From NCBI RefSeq assembly GCF_024521635.1, contig NW_026250406.1, positions 310,001 to 374,000 of the forward strand: DNA of 64,000 nt. Direction: 5' to 3'. The stretch's first letter is position 1. The number at the start of each line of letters is the position of its first letter. The stretch comes from Tricharina praecox. Taxonomy: Eukaryota. Below, one piece after another: positions 25,495 to 36,207 of this stretch. The notes below the pieces were generated by a model, which saw nothing but the letters and a program-made list of their open reading frames with translations, did not search any database and was not told the origin of the DNA. A program made the position numbers and the translations under genes.

Positions 25495-27488
25495 GATTGC
25501 GGTTTAGATTGAAGTTTGTTAAGAAGTTCTGTTCGTAAGGGCGTGATAGCGTGGGAGTGGATCCGGAAGTGGAGGTTGAATAAGGATGAGAAAAGAGGAT
25601 GGGAATGGGGATGCGAATAGTGGTTGGAATCGAGCTGCTCTTATACAAAGCAGCCGTGACTACGAAAGCCAGTATGTGCTATAGATAGGTGGGAAGTCGG
25701 ACCTCCGTGACGGATCTAGTAGCATTCCCCAACCACTGAGCCTGCAGCCTTCAGCCTTCGCAGCTCTCAGCTTTGATCGTAAACCCCGCAATTCAGAAGG
25801 GCAGCTAGAGATTCCTTAATCCGGAGGGACATGACACCTACTCTGCCAGGCAACGCATGTAAACTACCTTAGCAAATCGAGACAAGCGTTTGATCTCCTC
25901 ATATTCCACCATCCGTTCCCAACCCCGTTATATTGCTGCACAACCCGAAGGAACATTAAAATCCCCTCTAACACGTAGCTTGGCTCAAAGAATAATCTCC
26001 TTTTTCTTGAGGGAAGAATAAGCGGCTCAAGCTGGGGGTTGACCGTTCCCCTCCGGCTATCGGAGCCCCAACCGCAAGAATTCGCCCTGCGCATGAGAGG
26101 CATCATTTCGTATAATGGACACCCGAGAATCTAGAACCATCACAAACTACTTTTTTGGTGTCGGCTCCTCCGGAAGCGAGAACCTGTGCCTTGCTGCAGA
26201 GACAGCAGCAGGAAGCATAAGTTATTGGTCTCCATTGGTAGATCTTTCGCGAGAGAGTCATCACGGAAGCTTGCTTGTAGCTTTCGGCGTGAGGTTGGTC
26301 GACTGGGTGCCATGGTGGCTCACAGGGGGGAGGGGGGAGGGGCAAACCAACAGACACAAGAATGTCTCAGATATCGATTCTCGACGTCAACAAAATGTCT
26401 GCTGGCTGCAATTTGGTGGCAGGAAACCGCTACCTGACGCCGATACTGCCATCGGAATTCCACCCCGATTCCTAGCGCCGCCCACATCACTTCCGCCCGA
26501 ACATAAACGTTGGGAGGAATATAGGACGGAAGGGCTTCAGCTTACGAGAACCCCGACGAGAATTACCAGCGCATGACTGCAAGGACAGTCATTTAGCGCA
26601 TTCGCTATCGCCAAAGCGAGCCCAAGTGAAGCGTGAATTCGGATATAAGGTCTACACACTAGGTATACTACCCAGCAGTTGTCACACTGGGGGTAGCCGA
26701 GAAGCGAGAATTAAGCATCAATAGATTGTCCTCAGCAGCGATCATGTACCGTACTCTACTACCTAGTAGAGTCTAGAGTGGTATGTACATAACGTGGCCG
26801 CCGTAGCCTAGCATACAAGAGGAGTTACCTTGTTTGCTGCCGTCGGGATTCAGCCGTACGTATCAACATGTAGTTAGGGGCTGCTATTAACAGCACGAAG
26901 TGGCGTCAAGGGTGCGGAAAAATGTCCAATCGATGGGACACATACAGGAAGCTTTTGTTTTGACATCGTCCACACATGGCCCCTGAATATCATCCTTTCG
27001 CTTGGTCTCCTCTGCGAACGCTGCCAGAGCCACCACCTACAGGGCTTCACATGACCGACTCCTACCTATCCCATCATCGCCTGGAATTTGGGGGTCGCCG
27101 GGAGATCGTCAACCCAGTCGCTAGACGTAAACACCTTCCTAAACCATGTAAACGTCCTATGTATTGTGCATACAGTGGGCCTAGAAAGTGGATGCTTGAG
27201 CGGACAAAGATCATGGGGCCGAACTCTATACCGAGACACTATGCTGTCCGATCCTGCGTGTGTGATGGAAAGAGTATTAATGGGCAGCTTGAATTCAGCC
27301 CGTTCAAGGAGATGGATAGTCTTGTTGACCCCAACTCACGATCGAGTCCTCAGCTCTACTTCGGCTGCGCCTTTTTTTCTTAATGAGACGCCCGTGATTT
27401 GAGTGTACTCTCTCCGGTAGCTCCTGTCCCAATGCTCCTGCAGTTACTATCTCAGCGGGCAGCGGGGGGGGGGGGAGGGGAACGAGGC

Positions 27489-27552
27489 TAGAGTTCTACA
27501 TGGTAGTCCGGTCCAGTCCGGTCCAGTCCGGACCGGCCCATGTAGAACACTG
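27489..27552. mobile_element. Miniature hAT-type element, 64 bp
   Basis: TIRs TAGAGTTCTACATGG / CAGTGTTCTACATGG; 8-bp flanks AACGAGGC / GACGAGGC; interior consists only of AGTCCGGTCC repeats. Confidence 0.8.
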
Positions 27553-29340
27553 GACGAGGCAGCGGCGGAGTTGATGGACTCAAGCCACACGACTGTGTAC
27601 CTACAGGCTATGTTCGGGTATTCCAATGAATGCAAGAGTGAAGAAGTGCGAGAAGGAATGATATTATTGGCGTCAACCCGGAGAAGCCACCGCCAACCGG
27701 CGTCGCTACCTGCGCTCATAGCTTTCCCAATAGGCAACTTCACACAATGAACTTTGACGTAGCGGGAGGCAAAGTGTAGGAAATTTGGTTGGGCTGATTA
27801 CCTGGCCACAAACTGTAGCTTCGCCGACGACACTTCATCTACATGACCACCGCTGCTATGTGTCAGACGAGTTTAACCCAGCCCGATTGACAGCTTCGAT
27901 TGGGAGCCAACTACTCCAAATAAGTGAGTGCCTAGTTCCCCTACAAAAAGAAGTGACATCTGATATACGGTCGACTTCGGAGTTGGGAGGTGGTGTGCTG
28001 TCGGCCATTCACCCGTAAGAAAAGTTTCCATTCATGAATCTGTGTGCCTAGATATGTGTGTATCTGGGAGAGCGGTATCTCAGTATTCGCAACGAATCAG
28101 TGTGCGCGCTGGGGTCTAAAGTATATTCTGTAGTTGTTGATATCTATACGGAAATCCGGCCGACAGTTCGACCAGGTCAACTTTACAAACAGACCGATCA
28201 GCTGGAAGTGGCCGAATTCGAAGTGCTACGGTAGTACTGTTAAGTCAAGCCGGACTAGTTGATACTCAGCCCTAAATCCCTAAAATGTGGTGGGCTCGGG
28301 GCACCCCTTCGCGCTTCCGATCGACATCTTGCACTCAGAATACCCAGATGGAAGAGGGAGTTTCCACAAGCTGTGATTACAAGCACCTTGCATTCATGCT
28401 GACGTCGTTGCAGGTATGAGGAACTTGAGTCTGCGCCTGTCACCGGCAATATCCTCGAAGGATGGCCGCGGTACATAGCGATGGCTTCTGGCGTGCGAAA
28501 CCGTCCTTTTATTGCTTCACCAATTGCATGGAGCTTACTCTATCTACATAGACTATGGCGACATACAAACCCTTACCAATCTTGTAGACATGTAGCAACC
28601 TGGTACCCTGCCATCCGCCTGGGTACCGACACCTGATGGAGCGCACCAAGGAAAGTACAGCATGATGACAGCTTCTATATACACCCGTATCACTGTTCGC
28701 GGCCTCCATGTCCAACCTATCTACGAACTCACTAATATCCCCGTCCACCTCGTACCCCACCATGAAGGCGCCTAGCGTGTCGGAGGACCTTTTTTCCTCG
28801 TCCGCTTCGGCACGATGGCGGTTTCTTCGCCCTCTCGGCATCATTCAACCACCGTCGGCGTTGTGTCGGGGATTCAGGATGGGCTGCGCGGGAAGTCGGC
28901 AGAGAGCCTACCGGTCATCGTACGGTTGCACGCTAGTAGCCGGTTGTCTTCAGTCGCGCATTCGCTCAGTAGCAATAGCGCCTTGTGCTGGGCCCTCGGA
29001 CTATGTACTGGTGAAAGAGATGTTCCCGTGTTGCACCGCTGGTAGTTGGAACGTCAGCATCGGAAAGCCGGCCGCTTCATAGTCAAGGGTAGAGTACGTA
29101 CCAGCCCGCCGGTCGAGCGTGCGGAAACTATCGTTGGGGGCAGCTAGTGCCGGAGCAAGTGGACTTTGGGATCAGGGGAATCAAATTAAAATGCAGTAAT
29201 ATTTTAGCATTTATTTAATGTGGTTACTGCGGCGCGGAGTTGTCTATTCCTTGGACCCCGTTAGCGCACCCATTATCTCATCCGGCTACCACACAAATTT
29301 GAAAACCATTTTTCCACTCATATTTTCAGTTGGCAGGTGT

Positions 29341-29881
29341 TGTCACACCCCAATAGAGTCTCGAGTAGTCACAGCAAGAGTGGTTAGTTTCAGAAGGGAT
29401 CAGACCACAGGAATAGATTGAGACACCCCTATAGACTCTCGGGTAGTCACAGCAAGAGCTGTTCGTTTGGAAAGGATCTGAACACAGGAATAAATAGTCA
29501 TAGGGGAGAGACAAGTTGGGCGGGAGTAAGCTAACAGCATCCAGAGTCTAGAGAGCGATCAGCGATGCGCACGATGTACAGTAAAGTCAGATACAACTAA
29601 GAATTTCTGAGGCGGTACATCATGAAATCCGGTAGAAAGACACATTGATCAAGGAACCTGTTGTGAGACTGGAACGGTTTTGGGACGTCGCAGTTTTGAT
29701 AGATATCGAGTATAGAATAATAGTCAGGGATTTCGATAATTCACAGCTGCATAATCTGGAGGGGTATCGCCGGTAGTGTTTGGTGTTCAGGTTGTGCTGG
29801 TGTTGGGATTTCTGCGACGATAGTCCAGTGACTATATAGTCTACCCGTACAATTAAGCACATCATCAGAAAACTCTGTTGT
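29341..29881. mobile_element. Nested fragments of old family 2-related LTRs marking the left edge of the retrotransposon cluster
   Basis: TGTCACACCCCAATAG at 29341 and TGAGACACCCCTATAG near 29419 (+) resemble the family 2 LTR start; TGTGAGACTGGAAC..AGTCAGGGATTTCGATAATTCACA from 29662 is a family 2 LTR end (-). Confidence 0.75.
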
Positions 29882-30121
29882 TGTAACGATACGGTCGGGC
29901 AAGGCGACAGGTAGTGAAGCCAGGCGGGGGATCGGGTGCTGGGTTCGGCAGAGGTAAGACAGGTTCAGAGGACAAGGTAAGGCAGGGCTCAGTGCAGACG
30001 ACAACTGAGAACAGAGGCAGGGACAAGGACTACGGCGCAGACGGCAGCCGAGGCAAGGACAGAGGTAACGGTGATTGAATTAACAAGTTGTTGCGTGAAG
30101 AACTAAATACAGAGGGGCAAC

Positions 30122-30632
30122 TGTAACGGCACGGTCGGGCAAGGCTCCAGGTAGCGAAGTCGGGCTCGGAATCGGGTTCTAGGTTCGGCAGAGACAAGAC
30201 AGGTTCAGAGGACAAGGTGAGGCAGGGCTCAGTGCGGACGGCAACTGAGAACAGAGGCAGGGACAAGGACTACGGCGCAGACGGCAGCCGAGGCAAGGAC
30301 AGAGGTAACAGTGATTGAATTAACAAGTTGTTGCGTGAAGAACTAAGTACAGAGGGGCAACGGCCCGTTTATATAGGAAACCCTCCACTTCTTCTCGCAA
30401 CCTGACAATAACCGTGGGCGTGTGCCAGACCCTGAGAAATCCACCTTGCCAGTACCCCCGCTTCCGTGACTCATACCCTGCGCAGCCGCACTACCCCTGC
30501 TTACTGCACACAGCCCCAATTCCTCCGGCTCATTCCTGCATTGCCGCCCGCGCAGCCCCTTGCACTGCCCCCGCGCTGCCTTCCCACCCCTGTTCCGACT
30601 CTTCCTCAAACGTCCCGTCGCGAGCCGTGACA
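30122..30632 (-). repeat. 3' LTR of element A (511 bp)
   Basis: Near-identical to 35698-36207; preceded by a polypurine tract. Confidence 0.95.
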
Positions 30633-33600
30633 GTAGCCCCTCCTAAGGCTCGAGTTCCCACGAGAGCAAGTTGAACTGGTCCAGGCTTCGTTGGGTACCG
30701 TTGGTGGAAGTCGTCCACTGCCTGTACGTCCACAAGGTTCTCCTCAGGTTCCCACGTCGGTGCCGTGAAACCCCTCCACTTGACTAGGTACTGGAGTCTT
30801 CCCCTCAGCGTTCTGCTGTCCAGCACTTCCTCCACCTCCCATTCTTCTTGGTCGTTCACAATTACCGGTAACGGTGGCGGCAGGATCTGGCCGGGGAGGG
30901 GGTCGTCGGCCGATGCATGGAGGAGGGACACTGGGAAGGTGCGGTGCTTTTGGATGGTGTTCGGGATGTCCAGTTCGTATGCGTGGGTTCCGATGGCTCG
31001 GGTAATCCGATAGGGTCCGTGGTGTTTGTTTTCCAGTTTTCGGCTTGGCCGCTCCGTCCGCCAGTTTCGGCCGTCCACCCATACCATGTCTCCAGGCTGG
31101 AAGGCCGGTGCGGGGGTTCGGTGCCGGTCCGTGTTGTCCTGCTGCCGTGCTTGGGCGTAGCGCATCTCACTTCGGGCAACGTCGTGGATCTGTTGGAGTC
31201 GCTCTACCGCTGTCTGCGCCTGTCGCTCTTCGTTCGTGTCGGTTCGGATGTCAAGCTCGAAGTCGCAACGGGGGTGGTAGCCTAGGTTAGCAAAAAACGG
31301 GGACAGGGTAGTGGTGTCGGATGTCTGGTTGTTGCCAGCGAACTCTGCTAAGAATAGGTAGTCGACCCAGTCGTCCTGCAGGTAGCTCACGTATGCCCGG
31401 AGGTGTTGTTCCATTACCGCATTCATCCTCTCTGTTTGACCGTCTGTCTGCGGGTGGAACGCCGTGGAGAGCCGTGCGTCGATCTTGAGGCAAGAGCATA
31501 GATGTTTCCAAAATCGTGAGGCAAACTGGGGGCCCCGGTCCGATACGATGGTGTCGGGTAGTCCGTGGTATCTGAAGATCCGATCGCAGAATAGTTCGGC
31601 GAGTCCCTCGGAGGTGATGGTCGTGTTGCAGGGGAGCAGGTGTCGTTGCTTGGTGAGGCGGTCCACAAATACGCAAATGGCATCGAATCCTTTTGAGGGA
31701 GGGAGTCCGGTTACGAAGTCGACGGATATATGTTGCCAGGGTTTCTCGGGTACTGGGAGTGGGCGGAGCACACCGTAGGGGGCGTGTCTTGTTGCTTTGG
31801 TTCGTCTGCAAGTGTGGCAGTTCCTCACGAATCGGTCAACGTCCGTCCGCATCTGGGGCCAGTAGTAGTTCCGGGCCAGGAGTTCCAAGGTTTTTGCTCT
31901 TCCGGGATGGCCCATAGCCGGCGGGTCGTGGTGGTCCTGGATCAGGCGAAGTCTGAGTGGGTCGTGTTCAGGAACGTAGAGGCAATCGCGGTAATGTAAT
32001 TGTCCGTTGACTTCGCTGCAGTCGGCGAGCGAGATGTCCTTTGAGTGGCGTGTTCCGTTTCTGAGCAGTTGGAGGATCTTGTTCGGCACTGGATCTGCCT
32101 GATATGCTTCGTTTATCAGGGTAGAGAGTGCGGGACGGGGTACTTCCAACGGGTTGGTTGCTGACAATCTCAATTCTTCCGGCAGGTTTTGGGGCTTGAG
32201 GACTGCTTGTTGGTTCGCCAGCAGTCTTTCATCCCCCTCCTTAGGGAGGTCTCCGGACCTCCTTGTCAATGCATCCGGTTTCCCTCCTGCTTTACCAGGT
32301 CGATAGACGATTTTGAAGTCGAAACGGGACAGGAATTCCGACCATCGTGCTTGCCGGCGGTTGAGCAACTTGGTTGACATGAAGTATTCCAGGTTCTTGT
32401 GGTCGCTCAGGACTTGGATTGGGTGCGCGGCTCCTTCAAGGTGTGGTCTCCATTCTTCAAAGGCCCGAACAATCGCCAACAATTCTTTGTCGTAGATTTC
32501 GTAATTGCATTCCGCCGGGGAGTGTTTCTTTGAATAGAAGGCAACTGGATGCAAGATTCCATCGTCGTCGTACTGGGAGAGGATACCGGCCGATACGTAA
32601 TCCGAGGCATCAGTTTCCACCACTATTTCTCGGTCGTAGTCGAAATGCCGGAGGATCGGGGCGCTAGTGAAGGCAGTCTTGAGAGTGTCGAAGGCTTGCT
32701 GTTGGTCAATACCCCATTCGAAGGGGACGTACTTCCCATTTTCCTTTTTTGTCATTGCCGTCAGGGGAGATACCACCTTAGAGTAGTCCTGGATAAAGCG
32801 TCGGTAGAAGTTTGCAAAGCCCAAGAAACATTGCACATCCGTTACCGTCGTCGGTTTTTCCCATTCGAGTACGCAAGAGACTTTGGCAGGATCCATTTTA
32901 ATACCCTCCGTGGTTATGATCAGGCCCAGGTATTTGACCTCCGTCTGGTGGAAGTGGCATTTCTCCGGTTTTAAGTGCAGTCCGGCCGATGAAAGGGCGC
33001 GTAGCACTTTGGTGACCTGTTTTTGGTGTTCTTCCAGTGACGCGCTGTAGATAAAGACGTCATCTAGGAAGGCGGTACAGAAGTCGTCCAGGAACGGTCG
33101 TAAAACGTCGTTGATCAGGGCTTGGAAGTCGGCTGGCGCATTGGTTAGCCCGAAAGGCATTACCAATGATTCGAAAAGTCCGTAGCGGGTCCGGAAGGCC
33201 GTTTTCCATTCCTCCCCTTCTGCCATTCGTACCAGGTTGTAAGCACCGCGGATATCCAGTGTTGTAAAATACTTTGCACCGGACAGTCGCATCAAGGTTT
33301 CCTGGAGCAGGGGAAGTGGGTAGCGGTTCTTGATGGTTCCTTCGTTCAGGCCTCGATAGTCCACACACAGTCGCAAGGAGCCGTCCGATTTTTTGACAAA
33401 CAGGATCGGTGATGCCGCTGGTGATGAGGACGCACGGATAAATCCCTTGCTCAGATTGTCGTCAAGCCATTCCTTGAGTGCGACCAGCTCGGTTTTCGAG
33501 AGCGAATAGAGGGGTCCGTAAGGGGGCACAAATCCTTCCTTTAGTGGGATCTTGTGGTCGTATTGCCGATGGGGTGGTAGGTTCTGCGCCAACCTTTCGG

Positions 33601-34480
33601 AGAACAGGTGGAGAAATTCGTGATATTCGGGGGGAATGTGGGCGGTTGAGCTCTGTTTTTCTTCAGATAGAACTTCATTGATCTCCCTCAGGGTCGTGGT
33701 GAAGATGGTAAGGTTCTCCTTTCTTGCCATCTGCTGGAAAGACTTCATCCGGAGGGCTGAGATTCTGACCGTGGGTTTTCTCTGGTTAGCATCCTGCTGG
33801 TGTTCATTGATCTGGGGAGACGTAACGTATCGGGCCACGATGTCGCCGGCCCCCGCGCTTACCGCTGGCTCCTCCAGAGCTACGTTTGGTGCGAGAGCGT
33901 AAGGTAGTTCCGGTGGGTCTGTGGTGATACCGTGGGCTACTGTGGGTACCGTATTGCAGTGTGCAGTGCAATATTGGGAACCAAAGGTGAGGGTGCGTGA
34001 GCTGAATCGGATGGCCACGTCGTGTAGGTCCATCCAGGGAATTCCGAGTACGATTGGGTAGTGCCCCAGTTTGGTGACGAACATCGGGAGTTCTTCATGG
34101 TGCTCTTGAATTGACAGGGTGGTGGTGGCAACGTGTGTGATGTCGCCGGACTCGATGGGGCGGCCGTCGATGACCTCAAGGGCGCGCGGGGATTCAAGGG
34201 GTACAAGGGGTAGGTTGTGATGGCGGGCGAAGTCTTTGTCTACAAAGGCGATTCCGGTTGCTCCACAATCGATCAGCGCATGCGTGGCAATGGTTTTGTC
34301 ACCAAACGAAAGGTTACATAGTACAACGAGATGTTTTCCTTCCATTGATGATTCCTCCACTACCATCCCAGACACTGACAAATTGGACAAACGATAATGA
34401 GTAGAAAAGGGAGAAAAAGACTTATCCTGGGTACGACCAACAACGGTGCCATCAAGCAGTTGTTGGTCTAGGCTTTTCCC
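30530..34480 (-). CDS. pol: Pol polyprotein of element A (PR-RT-RNase H-IN-chromodomain), -1 frame relative to gag
   Basis: ALIDCGAT, LCVDYRGLN, VMPFGLTNAP, FLDD, ETDASD, HHCC zinc finger, IVSDRGPQF, HPQTDGQTER, GPY, EWEVEEVLD..YLVKWRGF..TWEP. Confidence 0.96.
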   Translation of the reverse strand, partial: GKSLDQQLLDGTVVGRTQDKSFSPFSTHYRLSNLSVSGMVVEESSMEGKHLVVLCNLSFGDKTIATHALIDCGATGIAFVDKDFARHHNLPLVPLESPRALEVIDGRPIESGDITHVATTTLSIQEHHEELPMFVTKLGHYPIVLGIPWMDLHDVAIRFSSRTLTFGSQYCTAHCNTVPTVAHGITTDPPELPYALAPNVALEEPAVSAGAGDIVARYVTSPQINEHQQDANQRKPTVRISALRMKSFQQMARKENLTIFTTTLREINEVLSEEKQSSTAHIPPEYHEFLHLFSERLAQNLPPHRQYDHKIPLKEGFVPPYGPLYSLSKTELVALKEWLDDNLSKGFIRASSSPAASPILFVKKSDGSLRLCVDYRGLNEGTIKNRYPLPLLQETLMRLSGAKYFTTLDIRGAYNLVRMAEGEEWKTAFRTRYGLFESLVMPFGLTNAPADFQALINDVLRPFLDDFCTAFLDDVFIYSASLEEHQKQVTKVLRALSSAGLHLKPEKCHFHQTEVKYLGLIITTEGIKMDPAKVSCVLEWEKPTTVTDVQCFLGFANFYRRFIQDYSKVVSPLTAMTKKENGKYVPFEWGIDQQQAFDTLKTAFTSAPILRHFDYDREIVVETDASDYVSAGILSQYDDDGILHPVAFYSKKHSPAECNYEIYDKELLAIVRAFEEWRPHLEGAAHPIQVLSDHKNLEYFMSTKLLNRRQARWSEFLSRFDFKIVYRPGKAGGKPDALTRRSGDLPKEGDERLLANQQAVLKPQNLPEELRLSATNPLEVPRPALSTLINEAYQADPVPNKILQLLRNGTRHSKDISLADCSEVNGQLHYRDCLYVPEHDPLRLRLIQDHHDPPAMGHPGRAKTLELLARNYYWPQMRTDVDRFVRNCHTCRRTKATRHAPYGVLRPLPVPEKPWQHISVDFVTGLPPSKGFDAICVFVDRLTKQRHLLPCNTTITSEGLAELFCDRIFRYHGLPDTIVSDRGPQFASRFWKHLCSCLKIDARLSTAFHPQTDGQTERMNAVMEQHLRAYVSYLQDDWVDYLFLAEFAGNNQTSDTTTLSPFFANLGYHPRCDFELDIRTDTNEERQAQTAVERLQQIHDVARSEMRYAQARQQDNTDRHRTPAPAFQPGDMVWVDGRNWRTERPSRKLENKHHGPYRITRAIGTHAYELDIPNTIQKHRTFPVSLLHASADDPLPGQILPPPLPVIVNDQEEWEVEEVLDSRTLRGRLQYLVKWRGFTAPTWEPEENLVDVQAVDDFHQRYPTKPGPVQLALVGTRALGGATVTARDGTFEEESEQGWEGSAGAVQGAARAAMQE

Positions 34481-35658
34481 GACTGTCCTTGGTTGTCGCC
34501 ACAATTCTGGTTGCAATTGTGGTATGGGTGGTCGGGGGTCAGGGTTCCAGGTTGCTCGTGCGTCAGCTGTGCAGCTGCGGCACGGAAAGGGTTCCGATTC
34601 TTGTTCGGGCAGTGTCGGGCCATGTGGCCACTGCCTCCACAGTATAGGCAGCGACCCTCGCGGAGACGCGCAGCTCGTTCTTGATCAGAGATCTTGCGAC
34701 TGTTCGCGCTGAGGTCCATAGCCCCTGGGGCTGTTCCGGTTGCAGTGGTTGCCGGTGGTGTACTGTTATGCGTTTGATTCCTCGGCGGGGCTGGGGGTTG
34801 CGGGGTGGGGTTTTGTCGCGGGGGGTTGCGGCGGCCTTCACGGAGTTGGAGGGCACGTAGCTCGGAATCGAGGCTCTGGCAGAGAGCCACGAACTGGTTG
34901 TAGGTGAGTCCCTGAGTGCGGCCCACCAGTTGTCGGTGGAGCTCGATGGAGACTCCTTCGCGGAGTGCGTCGAGTTTGGCATGCTCGTCCCAGTTCAGCT
35001 TGGACACGAGTCTTTGAAACTCCGCAAAGTAAGACGTAAAGTCCTTGTTTCCTTGCTTGAGGCGGTGAAGTTCGGCGCGTGCGGTGGCTGCTGGGTCAGG
35101 ATCGCCGAAGGCGTTTTCGAGGATGGTGACCATGGCATCGGCGTCGGTCAAGCTGATCACGTTGTTCTGGATGTACGGCAGTATCTGGGCTTGGGCACGG
35201 CCTTCGAGACGGTTGAAGGTGTAGGCCATTCTGAGTGCTGGGGACGGGAAACGGGTAGGGTCGCTGTATAGTTTGAGTCGAAGCTGGGCAACGAACCCTT
35301 CGAGCTTCTCTCGAGTGCCATCGAACATGGCTGGCTCCGGGACGCGCTCGGCGCGGCCCTGGGGTTGGGTTTCTAGTGTGGCGAGACGGTTGGCGATACG
35401 ACGGGAGTTGGCAAGTTGTTCTTCGAGGTCGTCTATTCGCCAGGTGGGTGCTGCTGTGGGGGATTGGGTGATTGCACGGGCTATGATTTGGAACTGGTTA
35501 TACAACCCCGACAGTGTTGCATTGTCGGCGGGTGAGTCGTGGTTAACGATGATCTCGAGTTGTTCGTAGACAGTGGCGGGAATTTCTCGACAGTAGGGAG
35601 GTGCCACCAGTACTTCCTCCTGCTGGGGAGGGTCTGGTGCTGGGGTATTGGTGGCCAT
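34468..35658 (-). CDS. gag: Gag of element A
   Basis: 396-aa ORF with PEPAMFDG, LKQG..F..YFAEF, AMDLS and CLYCGGSGHMARHC knuckle. Confidence 0.95.
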   Translation of the reverse strand: MATNTPAPDPPQQEEVLVAPPYCREIPATVYEQLEIIVNHDSPADNATLSGLYNQFQIIARAITQSPTAAPTWRIDDLEEQLANSRRIANRLATLETQPQGRAERVPEPAMFDGTREKLEGFVAQLRLKLYSDPTRFPSPALRMAYTFNRLEGRAQAQILPYIQNNVISLTDADAMVTILENAFGDPDPAATARAELHRLKQGNKDFTSYFAEFQRLVSKLNWDEHAKLDALREGVSIELHRQLVGRTQGLTYNQFVALCQSLDSELRALQLREGRRNPPRQNPTPQPPAPPRNQTHNSTPPATTATGTAPGAMDLSANSRKISDQERAARLREGRCLYCGGSGHMARHCPNKNRNPFRAAAAQLTHEQPGTLTPDHPYHNCNQNCGDNQGQSGKA

Positions 35659-35697
35659 GGTTCTTCGCTAGGTGGAGAGATGGGCGACGCAACAAAG

Positions 35698-36207
35698 TGT
35701 AACGGCACGGTCGGGCAAGGCTCCAGGTAGCGAAGTCGGGCTCGGAATCGGGTTCTAGGTTCGGCACAGACAAGACAGGTTCAGAGGACAAGGTGAGGCA
35801 GGGCTCAGTGCGGACGGCAACTGAGAACAGAGGCAGGGACAAGGACTACGGCGCAGACGGCAGCCGAGGCAAGGACAGAGGTAACAGTGATTGAATTAAC
35901 AAGTTGTTGCGTGAAGAACTAAGTACAGAGGGGCAACGGCCCGTTTATATAGGAAACCCTCCACTTCTTCTCGCAACCTGACAATAACCGTGGGCGTGTG
36001 CCAGACCCTGAGAAATCCACCTTGCCAGTACCCCGCTTCCGTGACTCATACCCTGCGCAGCCGCACTACCCCTGCTTACTGCACACAGCCCCAATTCCTC
36101 CGGCTCATTCCTGCATTGCCGCCCGCGCAGCCCCTTGCACTGCCCCCGCGCTGCCTTCCCACCCCTGTTCCGACTCTTCCTCAAACGTCCCGTCGCGAGC
36201 CGTGACA
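35698..36207 (-). repeat. 5' LTR of element A (510 bp) with TATA box TATATAAA (~35951-35944)
   Basis: TGTCAC...GTTACA termini; matches the 3' LTR. Confidence 0.95.

Larger units (their letters stand above)
30122..36207 (-). mobile_element. Element A: full-length, apparently intact Ty3/gypsy chromovirus (family 1)
   Basis: LTRs 35698-36207 and 30122-30632 (TG...CA; one substitution and one 1-bp indel seen), perfect 5-bp TSD GCAAC, PPT AGGAGGGG, open gag and pol. Confidence 0.97.

Noticed and set aside
28509..29120. Minus-strand ORF with an upstream intron-like segment (GTACGT..CTGAC..CAG)
   Set aside because: Could not build a stop-free spliced model or identify a family
33050..34280. RT motif FLDD and protease motif DCG in element A as signs of inactivation
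   Set aside because: Catalytic aspartates are retained, DCG is shared by copy G, and the ORF is intact with young LTRs
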